Shown piece by piece: positions 35,403-47,790 of a DNA stretch of 64,000 nucleotides (its first letter is position 1; the number at the start of each line of letters is the position of its first letter). Origin of the DNA: Mobula hypostoma (Eukaryota); contig NC_086120.1 of the NCBI RefSeq assembly GCF_963921235.1, positions 38,812,001-38,876,000 of the forward strand. The letters run 5' to 3'. The notes beneath the pieces were generated by a model. The model saw only the letters and a program-made list of their open reading frames with translations, was not told the origin of the DNA and did not search any database. A program made the position numbers and the translations under genes.

Positions 35403-36512
35403 CATAAGACCATAAGCCAAAGGGGCAGAATTAGATCATCTGTTCCATTGAGTCTGCTCTGCCATTCAATCATGGCTGATTCTTTCTCCCCTTCCTCAGC
35501 CCCACTCCCTGGCCTTCTCTCTGTAACCTTCGATGCCATGTCCAATGAAGAACCTACCAAGCTCTGCCTTAAATACACCCAATGACCTGGCCTCCACAGC
35601 TCCCTGTGGTAACAAATTCCGCAAATTCACCACCTTCTGGCTAAAGAAATTTCTCTGCATCCCTGTTTTAAATGGATGCTCCTCTATCCTGAAGCTGTGC
35701 CCTCTTGTCTTAGATTCCTCCACCATGGGAAACATCCTTTTCACATCTACTCTGCTTAGGCCTTTCAACATTTGAAAGGTTTCAATGAGATCGCCCCTCA
35801 TCCTTCTAAATTCGAGCAAGTACAGACCCAGAGCCATCAAACATTCTTCTTATGATAACCCTGTCATTCCCGGAATCATCCTTGTGAACCTCCCCTGAAC
35901 CCTCTCCAATGCCAGCACATCTTTTCTTAGATAAGGAGCCCAAAACTGTTCACAATACTCAAGGTGAGGCCTCACCGATGCCTTATAAAGCCACAGCATC
36001 ACATCCCTGCTCTTATATTCTAGACCTCGTGAAATGAATGCTAACATTGCATTTGCCTTCCTCACCACCAACTCTACCCACAAGTTGACCTTTAGGGTGT
36101 TCTGCACAAGGACTCCCAAGTTCCTTTGTGTCTCAGATTTTTGGATTTTCTCTCCATCTGCACACTTATTTCTACTACCAAAGTGCATGACCACGCATTT
36201 TCCAACATTTTATTTAATTTGTCACTTTCTTGCCCACTCTCCTAATCTGAGTAAGTTCTTCTGCAGCCTACCTGTTTCCTCAACACTACCTGCCCCTCCA
36301 CCAATCTTCGTATCATCTGAAAACTTGGCAACAAAACAATTTATTCCATCATCAAAATCAATGATATACAGCATAAAAAGAAGTGGTTCCAACACCGACC
36401 CCTGTGGAACACCACTCGTCACTGGCAACCAACCAGAAAAAGATCCTTTTATTCCCCTTTGCTGCATCCTACCAATCAGCCAATGCTCTAACCATGCCAG
36501 TAACTTTCCTGT
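35403..36512 (-). mobile_element. CR1/HER1-like LINE, 5'-truncated
   Basis: SGVPQGSVL.PLLF, AKFSDDTKIGG, RPHLEYC.QFWAP, RRMRGDLIETF; (TCTTATGG)-type tail. Confidence 0.88.
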
Positions 36513-37044
36513 GATACATGAAGAAGCTTCTCACATTGTTCTGAAATGTTGACTCTTTATTCCTCTCCATGGACGCTGCCTGACTCGCTGAACTCCTCTA
36601 GCATTTTGTATGCGTAGCTTCTCACATTGTTGTAGTTGCTTCTACCTACACCAGGGGTTTGACTGTCATTCACCAGGAGTTTCAAGGTATGCAATAATTC
36701 ATCCACAGTGGGGTACTGATTAGTAATTGGTGTCCAACAGACTGTAATTTCTTGCTTTGACTCACTATATCAGCCAGGGTTGTTTCCCTCACTGTCAGTA
36801 TGTGTTGAGGGCTTACTATTGGACATATTGTGTGAAATGGATACAAATGCATCCAAGACCTGTCTCAGCTCCGCGGACTACAATCACACTGCAGTGCAGC
36901 TGAGGGGTTAAGATTGTCAATGTTTGGAATATCAGGTCCAATCTGAACACCCTCCACTCTGAGCACCTCCCAGTCTGCAGGACCACACTGATCACTCAGA
37001 GGAAAATTCTGGGCTGAGGTCTGTTAGTATTCTTATTTTATTTA

Positions 37045-37335
37045 CTTGTTTAGAGATGTTGCGCAGAATAGACCCACCCGGCCCTTTGAGTCGCACCACT
37101 CAGCAACCTACGACTTCACCCTAGCCTAATCATGGGATGATTTACAATGACCAATTAACCTACAGATCGCTGCATCTTTGAACTGTGGGAGGAAACCAGA
37201 GCACCTGGAGGAAACCCACATATTCCATGGGGAGAACGTACGAACTACTTACAGAGGACGCTGGAATTGAACTCTAACTCTGATGCCCTAAGTTGTAATA
37301 GCATTGAACTAACTGTTACGCTGCTGTGGCGCCCC
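37045..37335 (-). mobile_element. HE1-like V-SINE
   Basis: CTGTGGGAGGAAACCAGAGCACCTGGAGGAAACCCAC on + strand (V-domain reverse complement). Confidence 0.7.
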
Positions 37336-37884
37336 AAGTTGGAAATGTGTTGTAAAGACTGAGCTCAGGTGGTTCCCGATACAACCCTACATATTTGTGG
37401 TCGATCGACGAAAGGTCGCTGACCTGAAAAGTTTGCTCTGTTCTCTGTCTATGGATGGAGAGTGCTTCACACCTCCTCTGATTTTGTTCTTATTTCAGAA
37501 AAAACCTCTGCTGACGGCTATTTGGGTGCAGATGGGAGACCCCAGTGTGGCACGGGCAAACTCAGGAACATGAAAATTAATAAACTGTAGATTGAATTGG
37601 AAGCAAGTATAGTTGGAAACACTCAGCAGGTCAGGCAGCATCCTGATTCAAGGATTTCCCGTTGTCACTTGATCTCTAAAATATACTATGCCCTTGTTAA
37701 TGGATCGGAAAGGTTGATTGCTCGTTTCAGACACTTGGGCACTTATGTCGACCTTTTGCAGTGCTCAGGGCACTTCTGAATCCCAAATGGGCCTAAACTT
37801 CTTGCCTGCTAATTTTAGCATTTGCTTATTGTCAAATAAACTGAAGAGGTGCCTTGGAATTTCTAGGAAAATCCTCCTCAATAG

Positions 37885-38580
37885 CATGGCCCAAACCAGT
37901 CCTTTCAGGTGAGGAAACAGCTCACCTGTGAATCTGCTGCAGCCATCCATGGTGTTTGGTTCACTCGATGTGGCCTCCTCTACATTGATGAGACCTGTCA
38001 CAAGTTGGGGCACCACTTTGACAAGCAACTCCACTCCATCGGCCAAAAGCAGAACTTCCCAGTGGCCAAACATTTTAATTCCAATTCCCATTCCTGTTCT
38101 GACATGTTGTTCCATGGCCTCCTCTTGTGCCTTCTATTCCATCTGAGTAGCTTCCAGCCTGGTGGCATGAATATCGATTTCTTCTTTCAGTAAAAGAAAT
38201 TCCCTCACCCTACCCTCTTCTTCTATTCCCCACGCTGGCCTCTTACCTCTTCTCACCTACCCATCATCCCCGCCCCCCCCCCCAGGTCTTCTGCTCTTTC
38301 CCTTTCTCCTATGGTCAACCCTCCTCTCCTATCAGGTTCCTTCCTCTCCAGTCCTTTACTTTTCCCACCCACCTGGCCACACCTATCACCTTCTAGATAT
38401 CTTCCTTCGACTTTCCTCCCCCACCTTTTTATTCTGGCATCTTCCACCTTCCTTTTCAGTCCCAAAGGATGGTCTCGGCTCTCTGTTCATTTCTATAGAT
38501 GCTGCTTGACCTTCTAATTTCCTCCAACATTTTACGTGTGTTGCTTTGGGTTTCCAGCATCTGCAGACTTTCTCATGCTT
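37885..38580 (+). mobile_element. PLE GIY-YIG endonuclease and 3' terminus
   Basis: RKQLTCES..IHGVWFTRCGLLYIDET..KLG.HF...FPVAKHFNSNSH...FHLSSFQPGGMNIDF. Confidence 0.8.
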
Positions 38581-39369
38581 ATAAAATGCAAAGGTTACCT
38601 ACCTTCAAAAGCCAATGACTTAAAGAACAATGTCTCAAAAAAGTGGCAGCCATCATTAAGGATCCCCACTGCCCAGGACAAGCCATCTTCTCATTACTAC
38701 CATCAGGGAAGAGTTACAGGAGCCTGAAGACACACATTACATTTTTAGGAACAGCTTCTTCCATCTACCATCAGAATTCTGAATGGTCAATGAACCCATG
38801 AACACTACCTCACTATTTTTGCATATATATAAATAAGTAGCGCAAATAAATGTACATATTTGAAATGATGAAGTGTCTTGGCCTGAAATGTCAACTGTTT
38901 ATTCCTTTCCATAAATGCTGCCTGACCTGCTGAGTTCCTTCAACATTTTGTCTTTGTTACTCTGGATTTCCAGCATCTACAGAATCTCTTGAGCTTATAT
39001 ATTTAGGTATTTCTTATTGTAATTTATATTATAATTTATACATTTTACTGTACTGCTGTTGCAAGACAACAAATTTCAGGGCATATATCAGTGATGATAA
39101 ACCTGTTTCTGATTCTGATTCAGTTAGTTTCTAAAATAAATGATGTTGATACGCAGTTTATTATTTTAACTACATCCCCAAACTGACATATCCTCAATAC
39201 ATTATTCATCAACTGCTCTGGGCTACTTGTAGGAATTGTATATTTTAGACCTTGAGCAAAATGTAAATCAGAGATGAATCACTCTGGTTTAAATTAGATT
39301 AAATCTGGTTTAAATTAGATTTTAAAGTTACTCAAAGCAGTAAGTGCTCATGTGCAGTTGTAGAATACA

Positions 39370-39790
39370 CCTGCTGCTATTTGGACATGACTTCAGTGAT
39401 GAACTCGGGGTCATAGGGTGTTTCGGTCCTTTAATCATCAGACATCCTTGACCGGGCGACCCAGCCGGGGGTGATCAGCCCCCGACTTGTGTCCAAGTGG
39501 CGCACTAATCCACAGATTCCCCCCCTCCGGATCCACAGCCACCACGAGGCCTTTTCAGCAACCTCCAGAATGTTCTCAGTGGCTCTCCTGCACTGCAGTC
39601 CTTTAACTCCAAGGCATTTTAGAGTCTGCTGTAATGAATGGCCAGCAAAGCCCCAGCACCCAACTTCGATTGGCTCACAGCGAACTCTCCAGCCATTGCT
39701 CCAGCATTCTGTAACAAGAACTGTGTATCTAGCCCGCTTGCACTCGTTGGCCTCTTCAATCCGGTCTTCCCAGGGGACAGCAAGTTCCCT
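39370..39790 (-). mobile_element. HERO-clade non-LTR retrotransposon 3' fragment
   Basis: Open translation 39787-39521: ELAVPWEDRIEEANECKRARYTVLVTECWSNGWRVRCEPIEVGCWGFAGHSL...AEKASWWLWIRRG, the HERO restriction-like endonuclease C-terminus, followed by the 3' UTR. Confidence 0.82.
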
Positions 39791-40611
39791 TCTTCAAACA
39801 GAGCAAAAGCACGTAATTATGAAAAAATGGAAATGAAAGCATGAGAAATCCCATGCAATGCTTCAAAATGCAGAAGTAAAATATTTGAACAAAGAATCCT
39901 GATTAAGGGTCTCAGCCTGAAACGTTGACTGTTTCATTACCCCCATAGCTGCTGACTGACTTGCTGAGTACCTTCAGCACTTTGTGGGTGTTTCTCAAGA
40001 TTTCCAGCAGCTGCAGAATCTCTTGTGTCTTTGAACAAAGAAAACACCCATGATAAAGTGACAATAATCATTGATCAGTAATTCATTATTTATGAAAATA
40101 AAACAGGTGTTAGAAGCATCAGAAGAGATCAATTGTTGCTTGAAGTGCACAAACCAACACTAGAGGTTCAAATATTTATGAGACATAGAGATTTTAATTT
40201 ATTTAAGAGATTGGTATGCTGTACATTGTGAAAGGCAAGTCAAAGGCCATTTTTGCCAATAGTAATACTGAGATTAGAATTAGAATCAGGTTTAATATCA
40301 TTTACACGATATGAAATTTGTTGTTTTGCAGCAGCAATGCATTACGATACATAATAATAAAATTATAAATTACAATAAGAAATATATAGAAAAATTAAAT
40401 TTAAATAATAGTGCAAAAGGAGAGGGAAAAAATAGTGAGGTAGTATACATGGGTTCATTGTCCATTCAGGAATCTGATGGCAGAGGTACACAAGATTTTA
40501 AAATAAATTTCCTTTCTGAACAAGGGTAGGAATATTAAAACTCAATCAGAATCACTTTATTGCCAGTATGTGAAACATAGCAGACTTGATTTTGGTTTGG
40601 TGCCAAGCATA

Positions 40612-41151
40612 CAGTACTGTGCAAAAGTCTTAGGCACAAATACAGTATATAGATAGAGTGCCTAAGACTTTTGTACACTACTATAGTAATATTATGTATT
40701 GTACTGTACTACTGCTGCAAAAAAAATCAAATTTCATGACATATGTGAGTGATGATAAACCTGATTCTGATATGGGTCTCTATTGTGGACTAAGACTGGG
40801 AAGGGGGGCAGGGAGAGGGGAATCACGGTTGGGAAAAGGGGAAGGAAGAGGGGAGGGAGTGGGGTGAATCAAAGAGACATTCTGTGATGATCAATAAACC
40901 AATTGTTTGGCATCAAATGACCTTGCCTGTTGTCTGAGGGCTGGGTGTGTCTGTACCCCCAATGCCCACCCCAAACCCTGGCACTCCTTCTGTGCCACGG
41001 GTACAACACCCCTCCTGTGGCGAATCCACCCCTCTCTTTCCACCAGATTTACAAACTCGTTCTCCACTCCATGTTGGCAAATACAGTAGTGTTCAGAAGT
41101 CTTACGCACCCCAGCTATATATACGTATCTAAGACTTATTGCACTGTACTT
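40612..41151. mobile_element. Composite Tc1-like element with hairpin MITE ends
   Basis: TA-CAGTACTGTGCAAAAGTCTTAGGCAC start; second mini inverted repeat at 41083-41151; same interior as 19686-20237. Confidence 0.65.
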
Positions 41152-42072
41152 TAAAACACAGGACAATACCATAACAGACAACACAATAACAACCAACAAT
41201 TTACCAATCATATAATGCAAACAGCCATGAGCAATCAGTAATTAACAGAACGGTCACATATGCAAACATCAATAATCAAACTTAAATAAACACGAACATA
41301 TGAACAGATGAAATTTTTATCAACACAACAAGGGGAGCAGGAAGAACCATTTAATGGATGTTCATGGATGGACTTTCTTTAATTCAGTTATGGCAGTATT
41401 GGCAATGAATTAGTCCCACAAAATTAAGTTATCCAATATTTCTTCATATCTCTTTCAGCTTCATCAAAGAAACAGCTGTCCGTCATGTTTGTTATGCTTT
41501 GCAACTTCAAAACATTAAAGTAATTCAAAGGAATTCATGGGAGTCTGGAAATGTGGGTCTAACTTTGTGTTTACATTAAGCAAGGCACGCACGTATCACA
41601 TGGTAGTGTGATGATGCATGCAATTCCTGTATTTATACATATAACCCATAATGAATTATTGAAATGAACAAGAATGATTAATCAGCCATTATATATATGC
41701 TAGATTACTCAAATATTATTGAAACATTGAATACACAACACTCCTCCCTGCTTAGCTATAAACTCCAACTCAATAGAGAATTCATGTCAACTACATACAC
41801 AATATATTATAGAATATAACTGCTACATAGAGACATCGACATCATAGTAAATTTAAAATTCTCCCATTCAGGCCTAAAGATTTAATCGCTTACTCTTGCA
41901 GGACTTCTTACTCTTGTGGGATAACATCTTTTCTGACAAGGGGGATCACTCTGCTTGACAGGTGAGACGCAGCCGTGACGTGAAAGCAATCTCTGTTTCT
42001 GGGGCCTCCTCTGTGCTCGTTGTAGGAATTGATTCTGAGACTGGAGGAAGTGGTTCTGACAGCAGTAGCCAC

Positions 42073-42453
42073 CTTTCTTCTTCTATTTTGTGCATCTTGA
42101 TCTTGAGAAGGTGCATTTAGTTCACTGGAGTATTCTTTTATTAACCCTTCTGTTGCTCCCTTTACGATTGGATCTCTCCTCTTGGTTTTCCCATCCATAA
42201 TATTATCTGACAAATCCTCTGTTTTCCTACCTCAATTGACTCCTTTCTTTTTGGCCTTCCATCCATCCAAATCAGCTTTGGTCTTTGCATCTACTTTTAC
42301 AAGGAACTTTTTGCCTCCCACTTGAAGTTCATGCGATAACCTTAATGTACGCCAAATAGATTCTGGTTCTGTATACGCACAAAAGCAGAATGCTTGCATC
42401 TTTCCTGAAGCTCCTTGAGCTCTCTTCCAGCTTAAAACCAAGCCACATTTGGC
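42073..42453 (-). pseudogene. RBM25: Captured intronless RBM25 coding fragment (RRM C-terminal half plus linker) inside the LTR element
   Basis: 127 codons in one frame: AKCGLVLSWKRAQGASGKMQAFCFCAYTEPESIWRTLRLSHELQVGGKKFLVKVDAKTKADLDGWKAKKKGVN*...KTKRRDPIVKGATEGLIKEYSSELNAPSQ, colinear with recalled vertebrate RBM25 AKCGLVLSWKRVQGASGKLQAFGFCEYKEPES...LVKVDAKTKAQLDEWKAKKK...ETKRRD...IREYSSELNAPSQ; one in-frame stop at 42232-42234. Confidence 0.9.
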
Positions 42454-43190
42454 TTTTTTTCTCTTCCCAATGCAGTCCTTTTATATTTGTCTGCCTGACA
42501 TACTCCTTGTATGTATCCTACTTTGTTACATTTTTTGCAAGCTTTGGCTTTAAATCTGCATTGATCTGGTGTATGTGAGCCCTTGCCACAATGGTAACCC
42601 AATTTGTTCGGCCAAGGAGGTTTCTGTTTCGACTTTACAATTTTGCTCACACTCACTTACATTCCTGAATGCAACTCACTTGCATCTCTCTTGGTGGTTT
42701 CCATTGAAATACCTATTTCAACTGCTCTTTTAAATGTAATTTGTGCCCTCAAGTAGGAGCCACTTTTGAATGCTTTCTTGCAAGATTACTAAAACTAAAT
42801 GATCTCTTAGAGCATGATTAAACCCAGTGCTGAACTGACAACAGACATTCCTTCAGTTCAGCTATTTAGGCTGAAATGAACTCCCCTTCCTTTTGATTCG
42901 GTTGTAAAACTTGAAGTGTTCTGCAATCAACAATGGCTTCAGTTCTAAACGTTTCTGTCTTCCTTTGGCAATATCAGCAAAGCTAACTTCTGCTGGCTTG
43001 GTTGGAGCAGTCAAACTTCTAAGCAAACTATATGCCTTTAAACTGAATGAACTCAGCAAAATTGGTACTTGCTTCTCATAAGTTAATTCATTTGCTTCAG
43101 AATATTGTTGAATTAACTCAGTATATATATATATATATATTCCAGTTATCTTTTTTGTAATCAAATGTGTCAGTTTATCCTATGTAGCCA
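42454..43190 (-). pseudogene. Gypsy gag remnant
   Basis: YSLLRSLTAPTKPA.VSFADI...KPLLIAEHFKFY motif and tandem zinc knuckles YHCGKGSH..DQC.FK...CKKCNKVGY....C; frameshifted. Confidence 0.8.
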
Positions 43191-45700
43191 CCCATTTCTG
43201 CTCTTTATTATGATTATTGTCACTCAGTACTCACTCTTTATGAATTTGTAAATTTTTCCATTTTCTGCCTTTCTTTAAATCTCTATCGTGTCTTCCCTTC
43301 TGAAAAACATGTGCTGGCCTGCATTTTTTTACTCACCATGTTTTTTTTCAGTTCCAACAACTCACTGCACTTCAACAAGTTGATAGCCTTCTCGAGTTCA
43401 TTTTAAAAATAGCTTGGCAGTAATGTTATGTTTTGCAACTTCAAAACATTAAATGGATTTAAAGGAAGATATAAGAGTCCAGGAATGTGGGTATATCTTT
43501 GTGTTTACCTTAAGTGAGGCGTGCATGTCCAATGGCATAGCTTGATGACGTATGCAATTCTCATATTTATACACATAACTTATAATGATTTATTTAAATT
43601 AACACCAATGTTTAATAAACTAATACACAAAATTACACAAATATTATTGAAATATTAAACACAGCGGTATTTTCGCAATCTCTTTGAGATGAGAAGTTTG
43701 ATTTCTCTTTTTATTTATTTTATTTAGAGGAACAGGTCCTTCTGGCCCAAAGAACTGACCGCCAGCAACCCACCTCTTTAACCCCAGTCTAATCACAGGG
43801 AAATTAACAATGACCAATTAATCTACTAACCAGTACATCTTTGGGCTGTGGGAAGAAACCAGAGCACCCGGAGGAAACCTATGCATTTCATGGGGTGGAC
43901 GTATAAATTTTGCATTGGAAAGGAATTTTATTTCATTTCATTGGTTTCAATCTAGTTTGAAATTGTGGTCCCATCAGCCAAAACCCTTGTCAAATACTCT
44001 GTCAAGTTATTCTTCTTTCATTGGCAGTGTGATGTCTTACATAACCTATCAATCTTAAAATCAATAGAAATGAATTTTTGGAGACAGACTCTTGTGATTA
44101 GACAAATGGATTTTTAGGTATACATCTTTAAACCAAGCTCGGTTCTGTCAGAATACATTACTAAATCTCCAAACATCAAGTTAAGGAACATGTAAACTGA
44201 TCTTCTAAAGATGAATGATTACTGAGTGCCAAGAATGTCCACCATCTCCAGCATTCTGCACCAATGATGTGGTCCCACGTTGAGTCACTGATCACAGCTA
44301 CCTCATTAAGTGGTGTCCAAATGAAGACTTAGAAATGCTACGACTACTCAAGTTGGCTAGAGGCTTTAGTGAGTGACTCATGCCCTGATGGCCCCAAACC
44401 TTTTTTACAGGATGCATCAGGAGAGGATGGAATTCTGTTCCCTTGTGTGGATGATTCCAACTCCAAAGATACTCAGGAACCACTCTATCCAGGGTAAAAC
44501 TTCTTAATGATTGACAGCCACCCAAAATATTCACTTCCTCTACTACAATTGTACAGTGACTAAAATTGGAAATGGCAAGTCCTGGAGAGTGTTGTAGAAC
44601 AGAGAGAACTAAGGGTGAGGTTACATCATTCCCTGAAAGAGGAGACACAGGGAGGAGTGTGAAGAAAGTGTCTGGCCCTTGCCTTCATCGTTCAGGGACG
44701 TTGGGTACAGGAGTTGGATGTCATGTTACAACTGTACAAGTCATTGATGAGACTACAGTATCACGTATAGTTCTGGTCACCCATCTATAGATTGAATATC
44801 ATTAAACTGCAAAGGATATAGAAAAGATTCAGAAGGTTGTTACCAAGATTGGAGGGTTTGAGTTATCAGGGGAATCGTCGGTAGAATTCCATGTGGGCAA
44901 GAGGCATGGCAAATGGTGACCTCTCTAGGTACGCAAATTTACGAGACCACAGCCTGAGGCCTAGCTTTTGGGGTCGCATCATCAGAGAGTCTAGAGTCAA
45001 GACCTGGAGTTCAGTGTCCTCATACATTGTCATCAGTGAGTTCTGGGATCAATATTAAAGATGGACAGCCGGTGGTCAATCGGAAGTCTGGAATTCGAAG
45101 CCCATTGGCCAGAGCCATGACATTGTGAGTCCACTGCCGACATTGAAGGCCCAGTGTCTGCGAATCCATGAGTCCATCTGAGGCTGGTGTTAGGAGGAAG
45201 CTTGTCTTGGGATTGAAGGGCTGGGTATGTGTGTAGGATAGGTGGGTGTCTGTGAGGGAGGAAAGTGACTGGTCTATCTGTTTTTGCTTTGTTGCTAGTT
45301 TTGCTCTGTGTTGTGCGACTGAGTACTGTGGGCATGCTATGTTTGCACCAGAATGTGTGGTGACACTTGCGATTGCCCTCAGCTCATCCTGAGGTTGCAT
45401 TGGTTGTGAACACAAACAACGCATTGAACTCTATGTTTCAATGTACATGTGATAAATAAATCTGAATCTGAGAGGCTGGATAAGCTGGGACATTTTTCCC
45501 TGGAGTGTAAGAGGATAAGAGTTGAGCTTATTTTGGCAGATAAAATCATAAGAGACATAAATAAGGTAAATGGTCACTGCCCTTTCCCCTGGATAGGGTA
45601 GGTAGGTTTGAGTGGCAGGGTGGAGATACGTCTCTACCAACAGAGTTGTCAGGCACTCCTTCCATCCGCTCGCCTGCAAGTCACCCTTGGGCAAGGTGTA

Positions 45701-46428
45701 AACACCCGAGGTCCAGAAGCACTTAGGAGTCCTCATGCGAGACTCCCAGAAGGTTAATTTATAGGCTGAATCTGTGGTAAAGAGGGCAAATGCAACATTG
45801 GCATTTATTTCAAGGGAAGTCAAATATAAAAGCAAGGAGATAAAGCTGAGCCTTTACAAGGCACTAGACATGCCACACTTAGAATATTGACAACAGTTTT
45901 GGGGCCAATATCTCAGAAAGGATGTGTTGTCATTGGAGAGAGTCCAGAGGAAGGTCACAAGGATTATTCTGGGAATGAAGGGGTTAACATATGAGGAGCA
46001 TTTGGCAGCTTTGGGCCTGTACTCACTGGAATTTAGAAGAATGCTGGGGGATCTCATTGAAAACTACCGAATATTGAAAGGATTAGACAGGGTGGATGTG
46101 TAGAAGATGTTTCCTATGGCAGGGGTATCCAGAACTAGAGGGCACAACCTCAAAATTGAGCTGTAACCCTTTAGAATAGAGGTAAGGAGTAATTTTTTTA
46201 GCCGGAGAGTAGTAAATCTGTGGGATGCTCTTCCACAAACTATGGCGGAGGCCAAGTGTATGCAAATATTTAAGGTGGAAGTTGATCGTTTACTGATCGG
46301 TCAGGGCATCAAAGGATATAGCAAGATGGCAGGTGTATGGGGTTGAGTGGGATCCGGGATCAGCCATGATGGAATGGCAGGGCAGATTTGATGGGTTGAA
46401 TGGCTTAATTCTGCTCCTATGTCTTACA
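45701..46428 (+). mobile_element. CR1/HER1-like LINE inserted into the RTE-related element
   Basis: VVKRANATLAFISR and PHLEY motifs; CTGCTCCTATGTCTTA tail; TSD gtgta at 45696-45700 and 46429-46433. Confidence 0.8.
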
Positions 46429-47099
46429 GTGTAGCACCTGTTTAGCACAGCCCCCCAACGATCAGGGTCTCTTGTAGTCATGGATATTTGTACGAACGGT
46501 TGGTGCATATCACAAACCCTGGTTATGCAACCACTAATGCCAGACAGACAAGCACTAATGAGTGCACTGCCCAGAAAAATGAAATGGCAAACCACTTCTG
46601 TAGAAAAAGTTGCCAAGTACAATTATGGTCATAGAAAGACCATAATCGTCCACGTCATATGACACAGCACATAATAATGATGCTGTTGTCTAAAGCCATA
46701 GGGAATAGGTGTATGATGAGAGGAGAAATATTTAAAATGGACCTGAATGGCAACTTTTTCACATGTGGAGGGTGTATGGAATGAGCTGCTGAAGGGAGTA
46801 GTAGAGGTAGACATTTAGACAGGGATATCGATAGAGAAGGTTTAGAGAGGTATGGGCCAAACAGAGGCAAATATGATTAGCTCAGGTTGGCATGGATGAG
46901 ATGGGCCAAATGGCCTGTTTCTGTGCTTTGTAAGTACATGGCTCTGTGGATCCATGTTATTTACCAAATGAATTGTGATTTCTGGCCTTGTTTACTTCAA
47001 CACATTGCTAACCTATGACCTCCAGTGCCAAGCAGGACAAGGTCAGCAAGTCAATGGGAGCACAACCACATGCAGGTTTTCCCTAAGCTTCACACAATC

Positions 47100-47790
47100 A
47101 GAATCAGGTTTAGTGTCATTGAAATGTCATGAAATGTGTTGCTTTGCAGCATTGGTACAGTACAAAAGGAAATAAATACAGTATGTTGTTTTTTAACTTA
47201 CACTAAGTAAGTAGTGCAAAAGAGAAAATTATAGCGAGATAGTGTTCATTGTCATTCAGAAATCTGATGGCGGAGGAGAAGAAGCTGTTCCTAAAATGTT
47301 GAATGTGTGTCTTGTACCTCCTCCCTGATGGTACCCATGAGAAGAGGACAGGTCCTAGGTGATGGGGGTCCTTAATGATGGATGCCATCTTCCTGAAGCA
47401 TTGCCTTTTGACGCTCTCTTTGATATTGGGGGCAGGGGGTGGGGACTTGTGTCCATGATGGAGCTGGTTGAGTTTGCAACTTTCTGCAGCTTTTTCTGAT
47501 CCTGCGCAGTGGCCTCTCCAAATCAGACAGTGATGCAACCACTCGGAATGCTCTCCACAGTATATCTGTAGAAATTTGCAAGAGTTCTTGGTGACGTACC
47601 AAGACTTCTCAAACTCCTAATGACCTAAAGCCGTGGTATTGCCTTCTCTGTAACCGCGTCAATATGTTGGGCCCAGGATAGATCTTCAGAGAAGTTAACA
47701 CACAGGAACTTGAAACTGCTCACCCTTGATCCCTTGATGTGGACTAGTGTGTTTTCCCTCAACTTCTCCTTCCTGATGTCCACAATTAAA
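47100..47790 (-). mobile_element. Rex1-like LINE 3' fragment
   Basis: SIIKDPHH.G..LFS..PSGRRY...FRNSFF..AIR.LN; (CTGATT)n tail. Confidence 0.7.

Larger units (their letters stand above)
41490..43666 (-). mobile_element. Internally substituted Gypsy (Mag-like) LTR retrotransposon
   Basis: Diverged ~250-bp direct LTRs at 41490-41740 and 43424-43666 (both start TGTTATG); PPT AAGCAGGGAGGAG adjacent to the 3' LTR on - strand; gag remnant; pol-type C-terminal tail CYPTRVRSP; no PR/RT/RNaseH/IN core; no clean TSD. Confidence 0.88.

Noticed and set aside
39416-39447. CTGATGA...GAAAC on the - strand in the HERO 3' UTR, resembling a hammerhead core
   Set aside because: The GUC overlaps the C of CUGAUGA so there is no helix I, and the spacer cannot form helix II; better explained as a LINE 3' stem-loop (GGATGT/ACACCC).
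42073-42453. RBM25 segment as an exon of the functional RBM25 gene
   Set aside because: It has an in-frame stop and an altered RNP1-like motif, no other RBM25 exons are present, and it is embedded between gag and a PPT/LTR.
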